From Frankiaceae bacterium (lineage in GTDB: Bacteria > Actinomycetota > Actinomycetes > Mycobacteriales > SCTD01), in contig JAENVS010000042.1 of NCBI GenBank assembly GCA_016650445.1, positions 14,327 through 78,326 on the forward strand: DNA of 64,000 bases, given 5' to 3'. Position numbers and translations under genes: made by a program. This document shows, piece after piece, positions 40,250-50,540 of this stretch (position 1 is the first letter of the stretch; every line of letters starts with the position of its first letter). The notes beneath the pieces were generated by a model. That model searched no databases, had not been told where the DNA came from, and was given only the letters and a program-made list of their open reading frames with translations.

Positions 40250-40536
40250 TCAGTCGGACCGGGGCGCACCGCGCCCGGCGGCCCGTTTCTCCGCCTACAT
40301 GCCCCGGTCGGCCCGCGCCAGCATGGTCGCGGGCTCCCTTCCTCCGGCCTCGCTGGCGGCCAGCCAGACACTCACCCCCACGTTGAGGTCGAGGTCCCCG
40401 ACGACCATGGGAGCGGACATCGCGGCGCCCAGCCGGTCGGTCAGCAGGCGAGCCCGTCGTGGTCGCGGCACGTCCAGGTGATCGCCGTGCGGATCGCACG
40501 CTCGCCGCGCACACGTGCGGCGCGCACGCCGATCAC
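40250..40536 (-). pseudogene. Relic of the C-terminal part of a GGDEF (diguanylate cyclase) domain
   Basis: One minus-strand frame reads LNVGVSVWLAASEAGGREPATMLARADRGM*AEKRAAGRG. This mirrors the GGDEF end consensus (V.SIG.A....LL..AD.AMY.AK..GRN). A TAG (40295-40297) sits where the conserved Tyr belongs. An upstream piece (GERAIRTAI) lies in another frame and ends at a TGA (40441-40443). Confidence 0.45.
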
Positions 40537-40555
40537 CGCGGCGTACGAGGTGCGC

Positions 40556-41302
40556 TCAGCGGCGGGTGACCACCCCTGGGCGGCTGACGTCGAAGACGGT
40601 GCCGGGCATCGTCAGCAGCGCCTCGGCGGCCTGCAGCTTGAGCGCGGTGTCCCCGACGCCACCCCAGAGCAGTCGCCGGCCGTCCCGCAGCACGAGCGTG
40701 ACGCTGGAGGGGGACGCGGCGCGCACGATCCGGACGCGGCCCCGCATCGGCTGCGGCAGGTCGGCCAGCACGTGCAGCGCGGCCCGGGTGGTCGGGTCGG
40801 CCGGGCCGGGCCGGGCGACCTGGAGCCGGACGAGCCCCGGTGGCAGCGCCGCTGCCGGCGAGAACGGCACCCCGTCGGCATCGAGCAGCGTGACCCCCGC
40901 CGAGGTCACGACGCCGACAACCGGCTCGCGCTCGACGACCTGCAGCCGCAGCGTGCTGGGCCAGCTCCGGCTCACGCGGACCTCGGCGACGGCACGCAAG
41001 GACTCGACCCGGCGGACGACGGCACCCGCGTCCACCCTGGCCAGCGGGGTGCCGCGCACGACGTCGGCCGCGGCCCGCACCTGTGCCGGTGTCAGCCGCT
41101 CCGTGCCGCTGACGGCAACGGTGCGGACCGCGAGGAGCGGCGACGCGAGCAGCAGCCAGCCCAGCAGGGCAAGCGGGGCGAGGACGGCCAGGCCCAGGCC
41201 GAGCCGCCTGCCGACGCGCTTGCGGCGGGCGGAGCGGTCGGCCTTCGCCTTCGCGGCCAGGCGGGCGGCGGCCGGGAGGACCTTGCTCGCACGCGGGCTC
41301 AT
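40556..41302 (-). CDS. ftsQ: Cell division protein FtsQ
   Basis: 248 aa. Basic N-terminus, single TM segment, POTRA-like region. Overlaps the murC stop and sits in the conserved dcw position. Confidence 0.85.
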   Translation of the reverse strand: MSPRASKVLPAAARLAAKAKADRSARRKRVGRRLGLGLAVLAPLALLGWLLLASPLLAVRTVAVSGTERLTPAQVRAAADVVRGTPLARVDAGAVVRRVESLRAVAEVRVSRSWPSTLRLQVVEREPVVGVVTSAGVTLLDADGVPFSPAAALPPGLVRLQVARPGPADPTTRAALHVLADLPQPMRGRVRIVRAASPSSVTLVLRDGRRLLWGGVGDTALKLQAAEALLTMPGTVFDVSRPGVVTRR

Positions 41303-42699
41303 GGCCCGCTCTCCCGCTCGGCGAGCAGCCGCAGCACCTCGGGGCCGATCTGCGTGATGTCGCCCGCGCCCATGGTCAGGACGAGGTCACCTGGCCGGGC
41401 CCGGTCGGCGAGCAGCCCGGGGACAGCCGACCAGGACGGCTCGAAGCGCACGTGGTCGTCCCCGAGCGGTACGGCGGCCGCGACCAGCGCTCCGGTGACG
41501 CCCGGCACGGGGTCCTCGCGGGCGCCATAGACGTCCATGACGACGACCTCGTCGGCGGCGCCGAGCGCCGCGCCGAACCGCTCCGCGAAGGCGAGCGTCC
41601 GGCTGTACATGTGCGGCTGGAACGCGACGATCAGCCGCCCGGCACCGGCCATGTCGCGGGCCGCGGTGAGCTGGACCGCGACCTCGGTGGGGTGGTGCGC
41701 GTAGTCGTCGTAGACCCGCACGTCGTCGGCCGTGCCCTTGAGCTCCATCCTGCGCCGGACCCCCGTGAAGCCGGCCAGACCCTCGACGAGCATGGCTTCG
41801 GGCAGCCCCAGGCCGACCCCGGTCAGCAGCGCCGCGGCGGAGTTCAGCGCGTGGTGACTGCCGGCGACCCCGAGGCGCACGAGCGGCAGCCGCCGTCCCC
41901 GCAGGACCGGCTCGTACAGGCTCCCCGCGGCACCCGTCGACAGCCGGTGCAGGCGCAGGTCGGCGTCCTCGTGCAGGCCGTAGGTGCGCACGTCGGCGCC
42001 CAGACCCCTGGCGTGCGCGGCCAGCCGCTGGGTGCCGGGGTCGTCGGCGCACATCACGACGAAGCCCTGCACGGTGGCGACGAACTCCTCGAACGCGCGA
42101 TCGACGGCGGCGGCATCGCCGTAGTGGTCGAGGTGATCGGCTTCGACGTTGGTCACAACGGCGGCGTGCGGGTGGTAGGCCAGGAAGGAGCCGTCGCTCT
42201 CGTCAGCCTCGACGATGAACAGGTCGCCGCTGCCGTGATGGGCGTTGCTCCCCGCCTCGTTGAGGTCGCCGCCGATCGCGAAGGACGGGTCGACGCCACA
42301 GTGGAACGCCGCGACGGTGAGCATCGAGGTCGTCGTGGTCTTGCCGTGCGTGCCCGCGACGGCGACGCCGCGCCGACCCACCATCAGCTGGGCGAGGGCG
42401 TCCGCCCGGGGCAGCACGCGCAGGCCGGTGTCGCGGGCGGCTCGCAGCTCCGGGTTGCTCTCCCGGATGGCGCTCGACACGACGACGGTGTCGGCGCCGA
42501 CGACGTGGTCGGCGGAGTGCCCGATGTGGACGGTCGCGCCGAGGGCACGCAGTGCGGCAATCGGCCGGGAGTCCTTCGCGTCGCTGCCGGTGACGGCCAC
42601 GCCCCGCGCCAGCAGGACCCGGGCGATCCCGCTCATCCCCGCCCCGCCGATGCCGATGAGGTGGACCGTCCCGAAGGCCTCGTTGCTGCCGACCGTCAT
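41299..42699 (-). CDS. murC: UDP-N-acetylmuramate--L-alanine ligase
   Basis: 466 aa from the ATG at 42699 (MTVGSNEAFGTVHLIGIGGAGMSG). Motif GTHGKTTTT. ATGA overlap with the murG stop. The longer listed ORF is an unsupported upstream extension. Confidence 0.93.
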   Translation of the reverse strand: MTVGSNEAFGTVHLIGIGGAGMSGIARVLLARGVAVTGSDAKDSRPIAALRALGATVHIGHSADHVVGADTVVVSSAIRESNPELRAARDTGLRVLPRADALAQLMVGRRGVAVAGTHGKTTTTSMLTVAAFHCGVDPSFAIGGDLNEAGSNAHHGSGDLFIVEADESDGSFLAYHPHAAVVTNVEADHLDHYGDAAAVDRAFEEFVATVQGFVVMCADDPGTQRLAAHARGLGADVRTYGLHEDADLRLHRLSTGAAGSLYEPVLRGRRLPLVRLGVAGSHHALNSAAALLTGVGLGLPEAMLVEGLAGFTGVRRRMELKGTADDVRVYDDYAHHPTEVAVQLTAARDMAGAGRLIVAFQPHMYSRTLAFAERFGAALGAADEVVVMDVYGAREDPVPGVTGALVAAAVPLGDDHVRFEPSWSAVPGLLADRARPGDLVLTMGAGDITQIGPEVLRLLAERESGP

Positions 42700-43787
42700 C
42701 GGGCCGCCGCCAGGACGAGCCGCGCGAGCGCGTCGTCGGCGTCGCGATGCCCGAGCGCCGCGGCCTTCGCGCCCATCGCGACCAGCCGGGCTGGGTCCTG
42801 CAGCAGCGGGACGAGGTGACGCCTGATCCACTCCGCATCGAGTGCCGCGTCGTCGACGAGCAGCCCACCACCGGCGTCGACGACCGGCCGCGCGTTGAGC
42901 GCCTGCTCGCCGTTGCCGATCGGCAGCGGCACGTAGACGGCGGGCAGGCCGACCGCGGCCAGCTCCGCGCAGGTGTTGGCCCCGGCGCGGCACAGCGCGA
43001 GGTCGGCTGCGGCGTAGGCGGCGTCCATCCCGTCGACGTAGTCGATGAGGTGGTGCGTCGCGGGCTTGTCGGCGCCGAGCTCGTCGCGAACCTCGTCGGC
43101 GCGGGCGGTTCCGGTGACATGGAGCACCTGCACGCCAGCAGCCGCGAGGGCGCCGGCCGCCTGCGCGACGGCGGTGTTGATCCGCCGGGCCCCGAGCGAG
43201 CCCCCGAAGACCAGCAGGACCGGGCCGGCGCCGAGGCCGAACGACGCCCGCGCCGCCGGGCGTTCGGCCGCACGGTCGAGGAAGGAGATCGCCCGCCGCA
43301 GCGGGATGCCGATGACGTGGGCGCCCTTCAGCCCGGAGCCGTCGACGGCCGCCGCCACGGTCCTGGCCCATCTGGCGCCGAGCCGGTTGGCGATGCCGGC
43401 GCGGGCGTTCTGCTCGTGCACAACGATGGGCGTGCCCCGCCGCCGGGCGGCGACGTAGGCCGGCACCGACACGTAGCCCCCGAACCCGACGACGACGGAC
43501 GCGTCGACCGCGTCGAGGTGAGCCCGCGCGGCCTTGACCGCCTTCCAGAGCCGGCCGGGGACCCGCACCAGGTCGGCACCGGGCCGCCTCGGGAGCGGGA
43601 CCTTCGGCACGATGGCGAGCGGGTAGCCGCGCAGCGGGACGAGCCTGGACTCGAGCCCCTCCGCGGTGCCGAGGGCGGAGATCCCGACGGCGGGGTCGGC
43701 CCGTCGCAGCGCGTCGGCGGTGTTCATCATGGGCTCGACGTGACCCGCCGACCCTCCCCCGGCGAGGACGACGTGCACCGGGCTCAC
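42696..43787 (-). CDS. murG: UDP-GlcNAc:lipid I N-acetylglucosaminyltransferase
   Basis: 363 aa from the GTG at 43787 (VSPVHVVLAGGGSAGHVEP). The start overlaps the ftsW stop. Confidence 0.92.
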   Translation of the reverse strand: MSPVHVVLAGGGSAGHVEPMMNTADALRRADPAVGISALGTAEGLESRLVPLRGYPLAIVPKVPLPRRPGADLVRVPGRLWKAVKAARAHLDAVDASVVVGFGGYVSVPAYVAARRRGTPIVVHEQNARAGIANRLGARWARTVAAAVDGSGLKGAHVIGIPLRRAISFLDRAAERPAARASFGLGAGPVLLVFGGSLGARRINTAVAQAAGALAAAGVQVLHVTGTARADEVRDELGADKPATHHLIDYVDGMDAAYAAADLALCRAGANTCAELAAVGLPAVYVPLPIGNGEQALNARPVVDAGGGLLVDDAALDAEWIRRHLVPLLQDPARLVAMGAKAAALGHRDADDALARLVLAAAR

Positions 43788-45136
43788 CGCGTCCGGGCGC
43801 CGGGGCGTCGGGACGGCGACCGGCCCTTGGTCCGCGGCGTGGGGCGCGCCGTGCGGGTCCTCGTGGCCGGCGTCGGCCGGCCCCGGCGGGCGGCGCGCCG
43901 GAACGGGTTGATCCGACGCGCGGCCAGCGCCTGGGCGGCACCCGGCTCGGCGCGGGCGAAGGACAGCAGCATGCCGATGGCGACGAGCGTCGGGATGAGC
44001 GCCGACCCGCCGAACGAGATCAGCGGCAGCGGGATGCCGGTGATCGGCACCAGGCCCACGACCGCGCCCATGTTGATCAGCGACTGCGCCGCGAGCCATG
44101 CGGTGACGCCGGTGGCCGCGAGCCGGGCGAACGGGTCCTTCGTGCGCTTGGCGATCCGGACGCCCGCGTAGGTCAGGGTGCCGAAGAGCAGCAGGACGGC
44201 GAACGTGCCGAGCAGACCGAGCTCCTCGCCGATGATCGCGAAGACGAAGTCGGTGTGCGCGTTGGGCAGCCCACCGGCCCACTTCTCCCGGCTGGCCCCG
44301 AGGCCGAGCCCGAACCAGCCGCCGGACGACAGCGCGTAGAGCCCTTGCACGGCTTGGTAGCCGGAGCCCTGCGGGTCCTTGAACGGGTCCAGGAACGACA
44401 GCAGCCGCTCCAGCCGGTACGGCTCGGCGACGGCGAGCACCGCGGCCAGGCTCACCAGCACGCCGAGGAACGCAGCGAAGTACCGCAGCGGCGTGCCGAC
44501 CACCCACAGCAGCGCGACGACGACCGACACCGTCGCGAGGGTGGTGCCCATGTCGGGCTCGAGCATCACCAGGAAGCAGATCAGCCCGGCCACCGGCAGC
44601 AGCGGCACGAACAGGTGCTTCCACTCCCCCAGCAGCTTCTTCTTGCGGACCAGCAGGTCGGCGCCCCACAGGACGAGCGCCAGCTTGCCGAGCTCGCTGG
44701 GCTGGATGTTGAAGCCGCCGGGCAGCGGGATCCAGCGCGTCGCACCGTCGACGTTGCGGCCGATCCCGGGCACGAGGACGAGAACCAGCCCGGAGAAGGC
44801 AGCCAGCAGCAGCGGGTAGCCGAGCATCCGCCAGACCTTCACCGGCAGCCGGGACGCCACCCACATGCAGGGGATCCCGATGGCCATGAAGATCGCCTGC
44901 TTCATGGCGATGGCATAGGACGAGTTGTACGTCGCGTAGGACCGCACGCTGGATGCGGAGAACACCATGACGAGGCCGAGGCCGAGCAGCGCGGCGGTCG
45001 ACGCGAGCACCAGGTAGTACGACGCCAGCGGCCGCTGCAGCACGGGGGTGCGGGTCGCGACTGTCGCCTTGGCGTCGGCGGTCCGGCCGTCGGTGCCCTT
45101 GAGGGCGGCGCGAAGGCTGGTCGTGGCCGAGGTCAC
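43784..45136 (-). CDS. ftsW: SEDS-family peptidoglycan polymerase FtsW
   Basis: 450 aa, about 10 TM segments, SEDS motifs (TDFVFA, LPLISFGGSA). Confidence 0.92.
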   Translation of the reverse strand: MTSATTSLRAALKGTDGRTADAKATVATRTPVLQRPLASYYLVLASTAALLGLGLVMVFSASSVRSYATYNSSYAIAMKQAIFMAIGIPCMWVASRLPVKVWRMLGYPLLLAAFSGLVLVLVPGIGRNVDGATRWIPLPGGFNIQPSELGKLALVLWGADLLVRKKKLLGEWKHLFVPLLPVAGLICFLVMLEPDMGTTLATVSVVVALLWVVGTPLRYFAAFLGVLVSLAAVLAVAEPYRLERLLSFLDPFKDPQGSGYQAVQGLYALSSGGWFGLGLGASREKWAGGLPNAHTDFVFAIIGEELGLLGTFAVLLLFGTLTYAGVRIAKRTKDPFARLAATGVTAWLAAQSLINMGAVVGLVPITGIPLPLISFGGSALIPTLVAIGMLLSFARAEPGAAQALAARRINPFRRAARRGRPTPATRTRTARPTPRTKGRSPSRRPGARTR

Positions 45137-46458
45137 GGCGCGGCCAGCGCCGCGAACAGATCGCCGCGCTCCTTGTAGTCGCGGAAGCAGTCCATCGAGG
45201 CGGCGGCCGGCGCGAGCAGCACGGTGTCGCCGGGGCGCGCAAGACGGCGCGCGGCAGCAACGACCTCGGACATGGCCTCAGTGTCGAGCCGCGCGACCTC
45301 CACGACGGGGACATCCGGCGCGTGTCGCAACAGCGCGTCACGGATCGGTTGCCGATCGGTACCGAGCAGCACGACCGCGGACAGGCGCGCAGCGGCGGTA
45401 CGCACGAGGTCGTCGACGGCAGCGCCCTTCAGCAGGCCGCCGGCGATCCAGACGACGTGGTCGTAGGCCGCGAGGCTCGCGGCGGCGGCGTGCGGGTTGG
45501 TGGCCTTGCTGTCGTCGACCCACGTGACGCCGTCGACGGTCGCGACGACGGCGTTGCGGTGCGGGTCGGCGACAAACGCGCGCAGCCCGTCGCGGACGGC
45601 GGTGGCCGGCACGCCGTGGGCCCGGGCGAGCGCCGCCGCAGCGAGGGCGTTGGCGACGTTGTGCGACCCGGAGACCGAGAGGTCGCCGAGGGTCGCGAGC
45701 TCGGTCGCCTCGCCCTCGACGTCGGCGAAGGCCCGATCGACGAGCAGATCCTCGACCAGGCCCAGCTCCCCGACCCGCGGCGGGCGCAGCGTGAACGTCA
45801 CCCGTCGACCCGGGGCGCGGCTGAGCAGGGTGCGGGTCACCTCGTCGTCGGCGTTGCCGATGCTCGTCTCGCCCGCCCAGACCCGAGCCTTGGCGTCGGC
45901 GTAGGCGGCCATCGAGCCGTGCCAGTCGAGGTGGTCCGGCGCCACGTTGAGCACCGCTCCGGCGACCGGACGCAGCGACGACGACCAGTGCAGCTGGAAG
46001 CTCGACAGCTCGACGGCGACGACGTCGTACGACGGGTCGAGCACCGCGGTGAGCAGCGGCAAGCCGACGTTGCCGGCGGCGACGGTGCGGTGCCCGGCGG
46101 CCGTCAGGATCGAGGCGAGCATCTTCACCGTCGTCGTCTTGCCGTTCGTGCCGGTGACCGCGAGCCATGGGGCGGCGTCGTCCGGCCGGAGCCGCCAGGC
46201 CAGCTCGACCTCGCCGTACACCTCGACGCCCTTCGCTGCGGCGTCGAGGAGGAGCGGGGCGTCGGGTCGCCAGCCCGGGCTGGTGACGACGAGGTCGATG
46301 CCCGCGGGGACGGTGTCGCTGACGAGGACACCCTCACCACCACGGGCGTCGACGACCGTGACCTCGGCGCCGCGGTCCCGCAGCGCTTCCGCCGCCGCCG
46401 TACCGGAGACCCCGGCGCCCGCGACGACGACGCGCACGCCGTCGTACGACTGCATCAC
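45133..46458 (-). CDS. murD: UDP-N-acetylmuramoylalanine--D-glutamate ligase
   Basis: 441 aa. Motifs GAGVSG and GTNGKTTT. GTG start at 46458 (an ATG at 46455 is also possible). Confidence 0.92.
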   Translation of the reverse strand: MMQSYDGVRVVVAGAGVSGTAAAEALRDRGAEVTVVDARGGEGVLVSDTVPAGIDLVVTSPGWRPDAPLLLDAAAKGVEVYGEVELAWRLRPDDAAPWLAVTGTNGKTTTVKMLASILTAAGHRTVAAGNVGLPLLTAVLDPSYDVVAVELSSFQLHWSSSLRPVAGAVLNVAPDHLDWHGSMAAYADAKARVWAGETSIGNADDEVTRTLLSRAPGRRVTFTLRPPRVGELGLVEDLLVDRAFADVEGEATELATLGDLSVSGSHNVANALAAAALARAHGVPATAVRDGLRAFVADPHRNAVVATVDGVTWVDDSKATNPHAAAASLAAYDHVVWIAGGLLKGAAVDDLVRTAAARLSAVVLLGTDRQPIRDALLRHAPDVPVVEVARLDTEAMSEVVAAARRLARPGDTVLLAPAAASMDCFRDYKERGDLFAALAAP

Positions 46459-46564
46459 CCCGCCATCCCGCCCGCGACCAAGCTCAGATCACCGTGCGGG
46501 CCGTACGCAGGCGAGCTGAGCTCGGGCCGCGCACGCCGATCACGGGATCGGGCGGAGCCGGGCA

Positions 46565-47659
46565 TCAGCCGAGGGGGCCGGCCGAGAGGAACTCGGCGTA
46601 GAAGACACCGAGGCCGAAGGCGACCGCGAGCCCGGCGATGATCCAGAACCGCACGATGACGGTGTTCTCGACCCAGCCGGCGAGCTCGAAGTGGTGATGG
46701 ATCGGGGCCATGTTGAACATCCGTTTGCGGGTCATCTTGAACACCCCGACCTGCAGGATCACCGACAGCGTCTCGACGACGAACAGGCCGCCCAGCACGA
46801 TCAGCAGCAGCTCGGTGCGGGTGACGATCGCGATGCCCGCGAGCAGCCCGCCGAGGGCGAGCGAGCCGGTGTCGCCCATGAAGATCTTCGCGGGGGACGC
46901 GTTCCACCACAGGAACCCGAAGCAGGCACCCATGGCGGCAGCGGCGACCAGCGCGACGTCGAGTGGATCGCGGGTGTTGTAGCAGGACGCCTCGGCGACA
47001 CCCTGGCTCACCCGGGCGCAGGCGTTGCCGAACTGCCAGAAGGCGATGACGACGTACGACGCCAGGACCATGACGCTGGTGCCGCTCGCGAGGCCGTCGA
47101 GGCCGTCGGTGAGGTTGACCGCGTTGGAGGTCGCGGTGACGACGATGTACGCGAAGATGACGAAGCCCACGGTCCCGAGCGCGATGCCGGTGTAGTCGCG
47201 GACGAAGGACAGGTGCGTCGACGCCGGCGTCAGCCCGTGCTGGTTCTTGAACTGCAGCGCGGCCAGCGCGAACCCGACGCCGGTCAGCAGCTGGCCGAAG
47301 AACTTCGCGGCCGCGGTCAGCCCGAGCGAGCGCTGCTTGCGGATCTTGATGAAGTCGTCGAGGAAGCCGACCAGGCCGAGGCCGGTCATGAGCGCGAGCA
47401 CGAGCATCGCGCTCGCCGTGGGCCCCCGGCCGCGCTGGTTGGCGACGAACAGGTGGGCGACGAAGTAGCCGATGAGGGTCGCCACGATGATGACGACGCC
47501 GCCCATGGTCGGCGTACCGCGCTTGACGGCGTGGCTCGACGGGCCGTCCTCGCGGATCTCCTGGCCGTAACCGCGGCGGCGGAACAGCCGGACCACCCAC
47601 GGGGTGCCGAGCAGGCTGAGGACGAGCGCGGTCATGGCCGCGATGAGGACCGACCTCAC
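46565..47659 (-). CDS. mraY: Phospho-N-acetylmuramoyl-pentapeptide transferase
   Basis: 364 aa polytopic protein with the motifs [13 protein letters not shown] and PIHHHFE. Confidence 0.95.
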   Translation of the reverse strand: MRSVLIAAMTALVLSLLGTPWVVRLFRRRGYGQEIREDGPSSHAVKRGTPTMGGVVIIVATLIGYFVAHLFVANQRGRGPTASAMLVLALMTGLGLVGFLDDFIKIRKQRSLGLTAAAKFFGQLLTGVGFALAALQFKNQHGLTPASTHLSFVRDYTGIALGTVGFVIFAYIVVTATSNAVNLTDGLDGLASGTSVMVLASYVVIAFWQFGNACARVSQGVAEASCYNTRDPLDVALVAAAAMGACFGFLWWNASPAKIFMGDTGSLALGGLLAGIAIVTRTELLLIVLGGLFVVETLSVILQVGVFKMTRKRMFNMAPIHHHFELAGWVENTVIVRFWIIAGLAVAFGLGVFYAEFLSAGPLG

Positions 47660-49032
47660 GAGTCGGCTCCAGAAAGGATGGCGTCGGCGAGGCGCTCGAG
47701 GCCGACCGACCGGGATGCCTTCACGAGCACGACGTCACCGGGCTCGAGCTCGGCGCGCAACAGCGCGGCCGCCCCGTCGATGTCGTCGACGCGCGCGGCC
47801 GCCTCGGCGGGCAGTCCCTGCGACACGGCCCCAGCATGGATGCCAGCAGCCCCGGAACCGATGACCACCAGCCGCGACACGGCGAGCCGCGCCGCACAGC
47901 GCCCGACCTCGCGGTGCGCCTCGTCGCCGTCGGGACCGAGCTCGGCCATCGGGCCGAGCACCGCCCAGGTGCGCCGTGACCCGCCGCCCATCACCGCGAG
48001 AGTGCGCAGCGCGGCGAGCATCGAGTCGGGGTTCGCGTTGTACGCGTCGTTGACGACGGTGACGCCGTCCGTCCGCTCGGTCACCTCCATCCGCCACCGG
48101 CTCACGGGGCCGGCCGCGGTCAGGAGCTCGGCGACCTGCGCGACATCGGTGGTGACACCTTCCCCGAGGACGGCCGCCGCCACCGCCAGCGCGTTCGAGA
48201 CCTGGTGCTCGCCGCGCACCTGGAGCCGGACCGGCGCGCTGCCGTGCGGGGTCTCGAGGACGAACGAGGCTCGACCGTCGTCGCCGACGGAGATCACCGC
48301 GGCGCGGTAGTCGGCATTGGGGGCGGTGCCGAACCAGCTGACGCGGTGCGACGTCCGGCTCGACATCGCGGCCACCAGCGGGTCGTCGGCGTTCAGCACG
48401 ACGAGCGAGGTGGCCGCCGCGACGAGCTCTCCCTTGGCGAGCGCGATGTTGGACACGCTGCCGAACTCACCGAGATGCGCGGATCCGACGTTGAGCACGA
48501 CGCCGACGTGCGGTCGCACGATCTCGCACAGGAACGCGATGTGGCCGACGCCACGGGCGCTGTACTCGAGGGCGGCGTACGCGGTGTCGCTCGTCCGCTG
48601 CGTCGCCGTCACCGGCAGGCCGATCTCGTTGTTGAACGAACCCACTGGTGCCAGGGTCGGTCCAAACGCGGACAGGACCTGCGCGAACAGGTCCTTCGTC
48701 GAGGTCTTGCCACTGCTCCCCGTGATGCCGAACGTCAGCGGCTGGTCGACCGAGAACACCTGGCGCGCAAGGGATTGCAGTGCCTCGAGGACATCGGGCA
48801 CGACGATGTCGCGGGCAGTCGTCGGGCGGTCGACGAGGACGGCCGCGGCACCGGCGTCGACCGCGGCGGCGGCGAAGTCGTGGCCGTCGCCGTGCTCGCC
48901 GCGCAGGGCGACGAACAGGTCACCCGAACGCACCTGGCGGCTGTCGATGCGCACCTCTCCGGTCAGCACCCCCTCCGGAGACCGGGATGCACCGACCGCA
49001 CCGGCGACGTCGGCCAGGCTCATGCGGATCAC
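47656..49032 (-). CDS. murF: UDP-MurNAc-tripeptide--D-alanyl-D-alanine ligase
   Basis: 458 aa Mur ligase ([12 protein letters not shown]). Overlaps both neighbouring genes. Confidence 0.92.
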   Translation of the reverse strand: MIRMSLADVAGAVGASRSPEGVLTGEVRIDSRQVRSGDLFVALRGEHGDGHDFAAAAVDAGAAAVLVDRPTTARDIVVPDVLEALQSLARQVFSVDQPLTFGITGSSGKTSTKDLFAQVLSAFGPTLAPVGSFNNEIGLPVTATQRTSDTAYAALEYSARGVGHIAFLCEIVRPHVGVVLNVGSAHLGEFGSVSNIALAKGELVAAATSLVVLNADDPLVAAMSSRTSHRVSWFGTAPNADYRAAVISVGDDGRASFVLETPHGSAPVRLQVRGEHQVSNALAVAAAVLGEGVTTDVAQVAELLTAAGPVSRWRMEVTERTDGVTVVNDAYNANPDSMLAALRTLAVMGGGSRRTWAVLGPMAELGPDGDEAHREVGRCAARLAVSRLVVIGSGAAGIHAGAVSQGLPAEAAARVDDIDGAAALLRAELEPGDVVLVKASRSVGLERLADAILSGADS

Positions 49033-50531
49033 GACAGCGCCTCGCGCAGCACGACGCGGTCGTCGAACGGCGTCACGACCCCATCGACCTCCTGGCCGGT
49101 CTCATGGCCCTTGCCGGCAACGACGACGGTGTCGCCCTCGCGGGCGCGGGCGACGGCCAGCTCGATGGCGACGCGGCGGTCCGGCTCGACGACCGCGGCG
49201 GGGGCGTCGGCGGACATCTCGGTCAGGATGGCGAGCGGGTCCTCGCTACGGGGGTTGTCGCTGGTGAGGATCGCGATGTCGGCGCCCTCGGCGGCGGCGC
49301 GGCCCATGAGCGGGCGCTTGCCACGGTCCCTGTCGCCGCCGCAGCCGAGCACGACGATGACCCGTCCGGGCGTGACCTGGCGCACGGCGGCGAGCAGCGT
49401 CGCGACGGCCTCCGGTGTGTGCGCGTAGTCGACGACCGCGAGGAACGGCTGGCCGACGTCGACGCGCTCCATCCGGCCGGGAACGCCAGGCAGCCCGCTG
49501 ATGCCGCGGACCGCCTCGTCCAACGGCACCCCGCCGGACGCGAGGGTCGCGAGGGCACAGACCGCGTTGGCGACGTTGAAGGCACCGGGCAGCCGGATCT
49601 CGAGCCGGACGTCGGCGCCGTCCCGCCCCAGCAGTCGGAACGCGCTCCCCTCGGGTCTGAGGTCGACCTCCCGTGCGCGCCAGTCGGAGTCCTCACCGTA
49701 CGTCGTCATCGGTATCCGCGCGTCGTGCAGGATGCGCCGCCCCGCGGGGTCGTCGCAGTTGACGACGCCCCGGCGGCTGCGCTCCGGCGCGAACAGCGAG
49801 GCCTTCGCCGCCTCGTAGTCCGCCATCGTCGGGTGGAAGTCCAGGTGGTCCTGGCTCAGGTTCGTGAACGCCGCGACGTCGAAGACGAGACCGTCGACGC
49901 GGCCGAGCGCCAGGGCGTGGCTGCTCACCTCCATGGCGACCGCGGTGACGCGTCGCTCGCGCATCACGGCGAACATCGCGTGCAGGTCGGTCGCCTCGGG
50001 GGTGGTGCGGACGCTGGGCAGCACCTCGTCGCCGATGCGGGTCACGACGGTCCCGAGAAGTGCCGTCGTGTGCCCCGCCGCGCGCAGCCCGGCCTCGAGG
50101 AGGAAGGCGGTCGTGGTCTTGCCGTTCGTGCCGGTCACGCCGAGCAGGAGCAGGCCGGCCGCGGGGTCGTCGTGCACCCACCGCGCCACCTCGCCGAGGA
50201 CGCCGCGCGGATCAGCCGCGACGAGCACCGGCAGCTCCGGGAAGCGGCCCGACCCGCGCTCGTCGGTGAGCACAGCCGCGGCACCGGCCGCGACCACGGC
50301 CTCGGCGAAGTCAGCGCCGTGGGCGCGCGCGCCGGGCAGCGCGGCATACAGGTCACCGGCGCGGACGGCGCGGGAGTCGTGCGTGCAGCCGGTCACCTCG
50401 ACGCCGTCGACACTGCCTCGCACGCGCAGCCCGGGCACTGCGGTCAGCAGGGATGCGAGCGGGCGCCGCGGCGGGGACGAGGGGCGCAGCGATGCTGGCT
50501 GCGCGGTCGTCCCGTCGGGATTCGCGGGCAC
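49029..50531 (-). CDS. murE: UDP-MurNAc-L-Ala-D-Glu--2,6-diaminopimelate ligase
   Basis: 500 aa Mur ligase (GVTGTNGKTTT; DNPR motif in TSDNPRSEDP). Confidence 0.92.
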   Translation of the reverse strand: MPANPDGTTAQPASLRPSSPPRRPLASLLTAVPGLRVRGSVDGVEVTGCTHDSRAVRAGDLYAALPGARAHGADFAEAVVAAGAAAVLTDERGSGRFPELPVLVAADPRGVLGEVARWVHDDPAAGLLLLGVTGTNGKTTTAFLLEAGLRAAGHTTALLGTVVTRIGDEVLPSVRTTPEATDLHAMFAVMRERRVTAVAMEVSSHALALGRVDGLVFDVAAFTNLSQDHLDFHPTMADYEAAKASLFAPERSRRGVVNCDDPAGRRILHDARIPMTTYGEDSDWRAREVDLRPEGSAFRLLGRDGADVRLEIRLPGAFNVANAVCALATLASGGVPLDEAVRGISGLPGVPGRMERVDVGQPFLAVVDYAHTPEAVATLLAAVRQVTPGRVIVVLGCGGDRDRGKRPLMGRAAAEGADIAILTSDNPRSEDPLAILTEMSADAPAAVVEPDRRVAIELAVARAREGDTVVVAGKGHETGQEVDGVVTPFDDRVVLREALS

Positions 50532-50540
50532 GTCGGCAGG

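Noticed and set aside
40215-40514. 99-aa minus-strand ORF in the ftsQ-ftsZ spacer
   Set aside because: It is Arg/Gly-rich with no motif. The other two minus-strand frames of the same DNA carry the GGDEF-like similarity, which is broken by stops.
41299-45341. 880-aa and 881-aa ORFs suggesting giant MurC and MurG proteins
   Set aside because: The N-terminal extensions are Arg/Pro-rich read-through of the upstream genes in another frame. Canonical MurC (ATG 42699) and MurG (GTG 43787) starts overlap the preceding stops, as elsewhere in the cluster.
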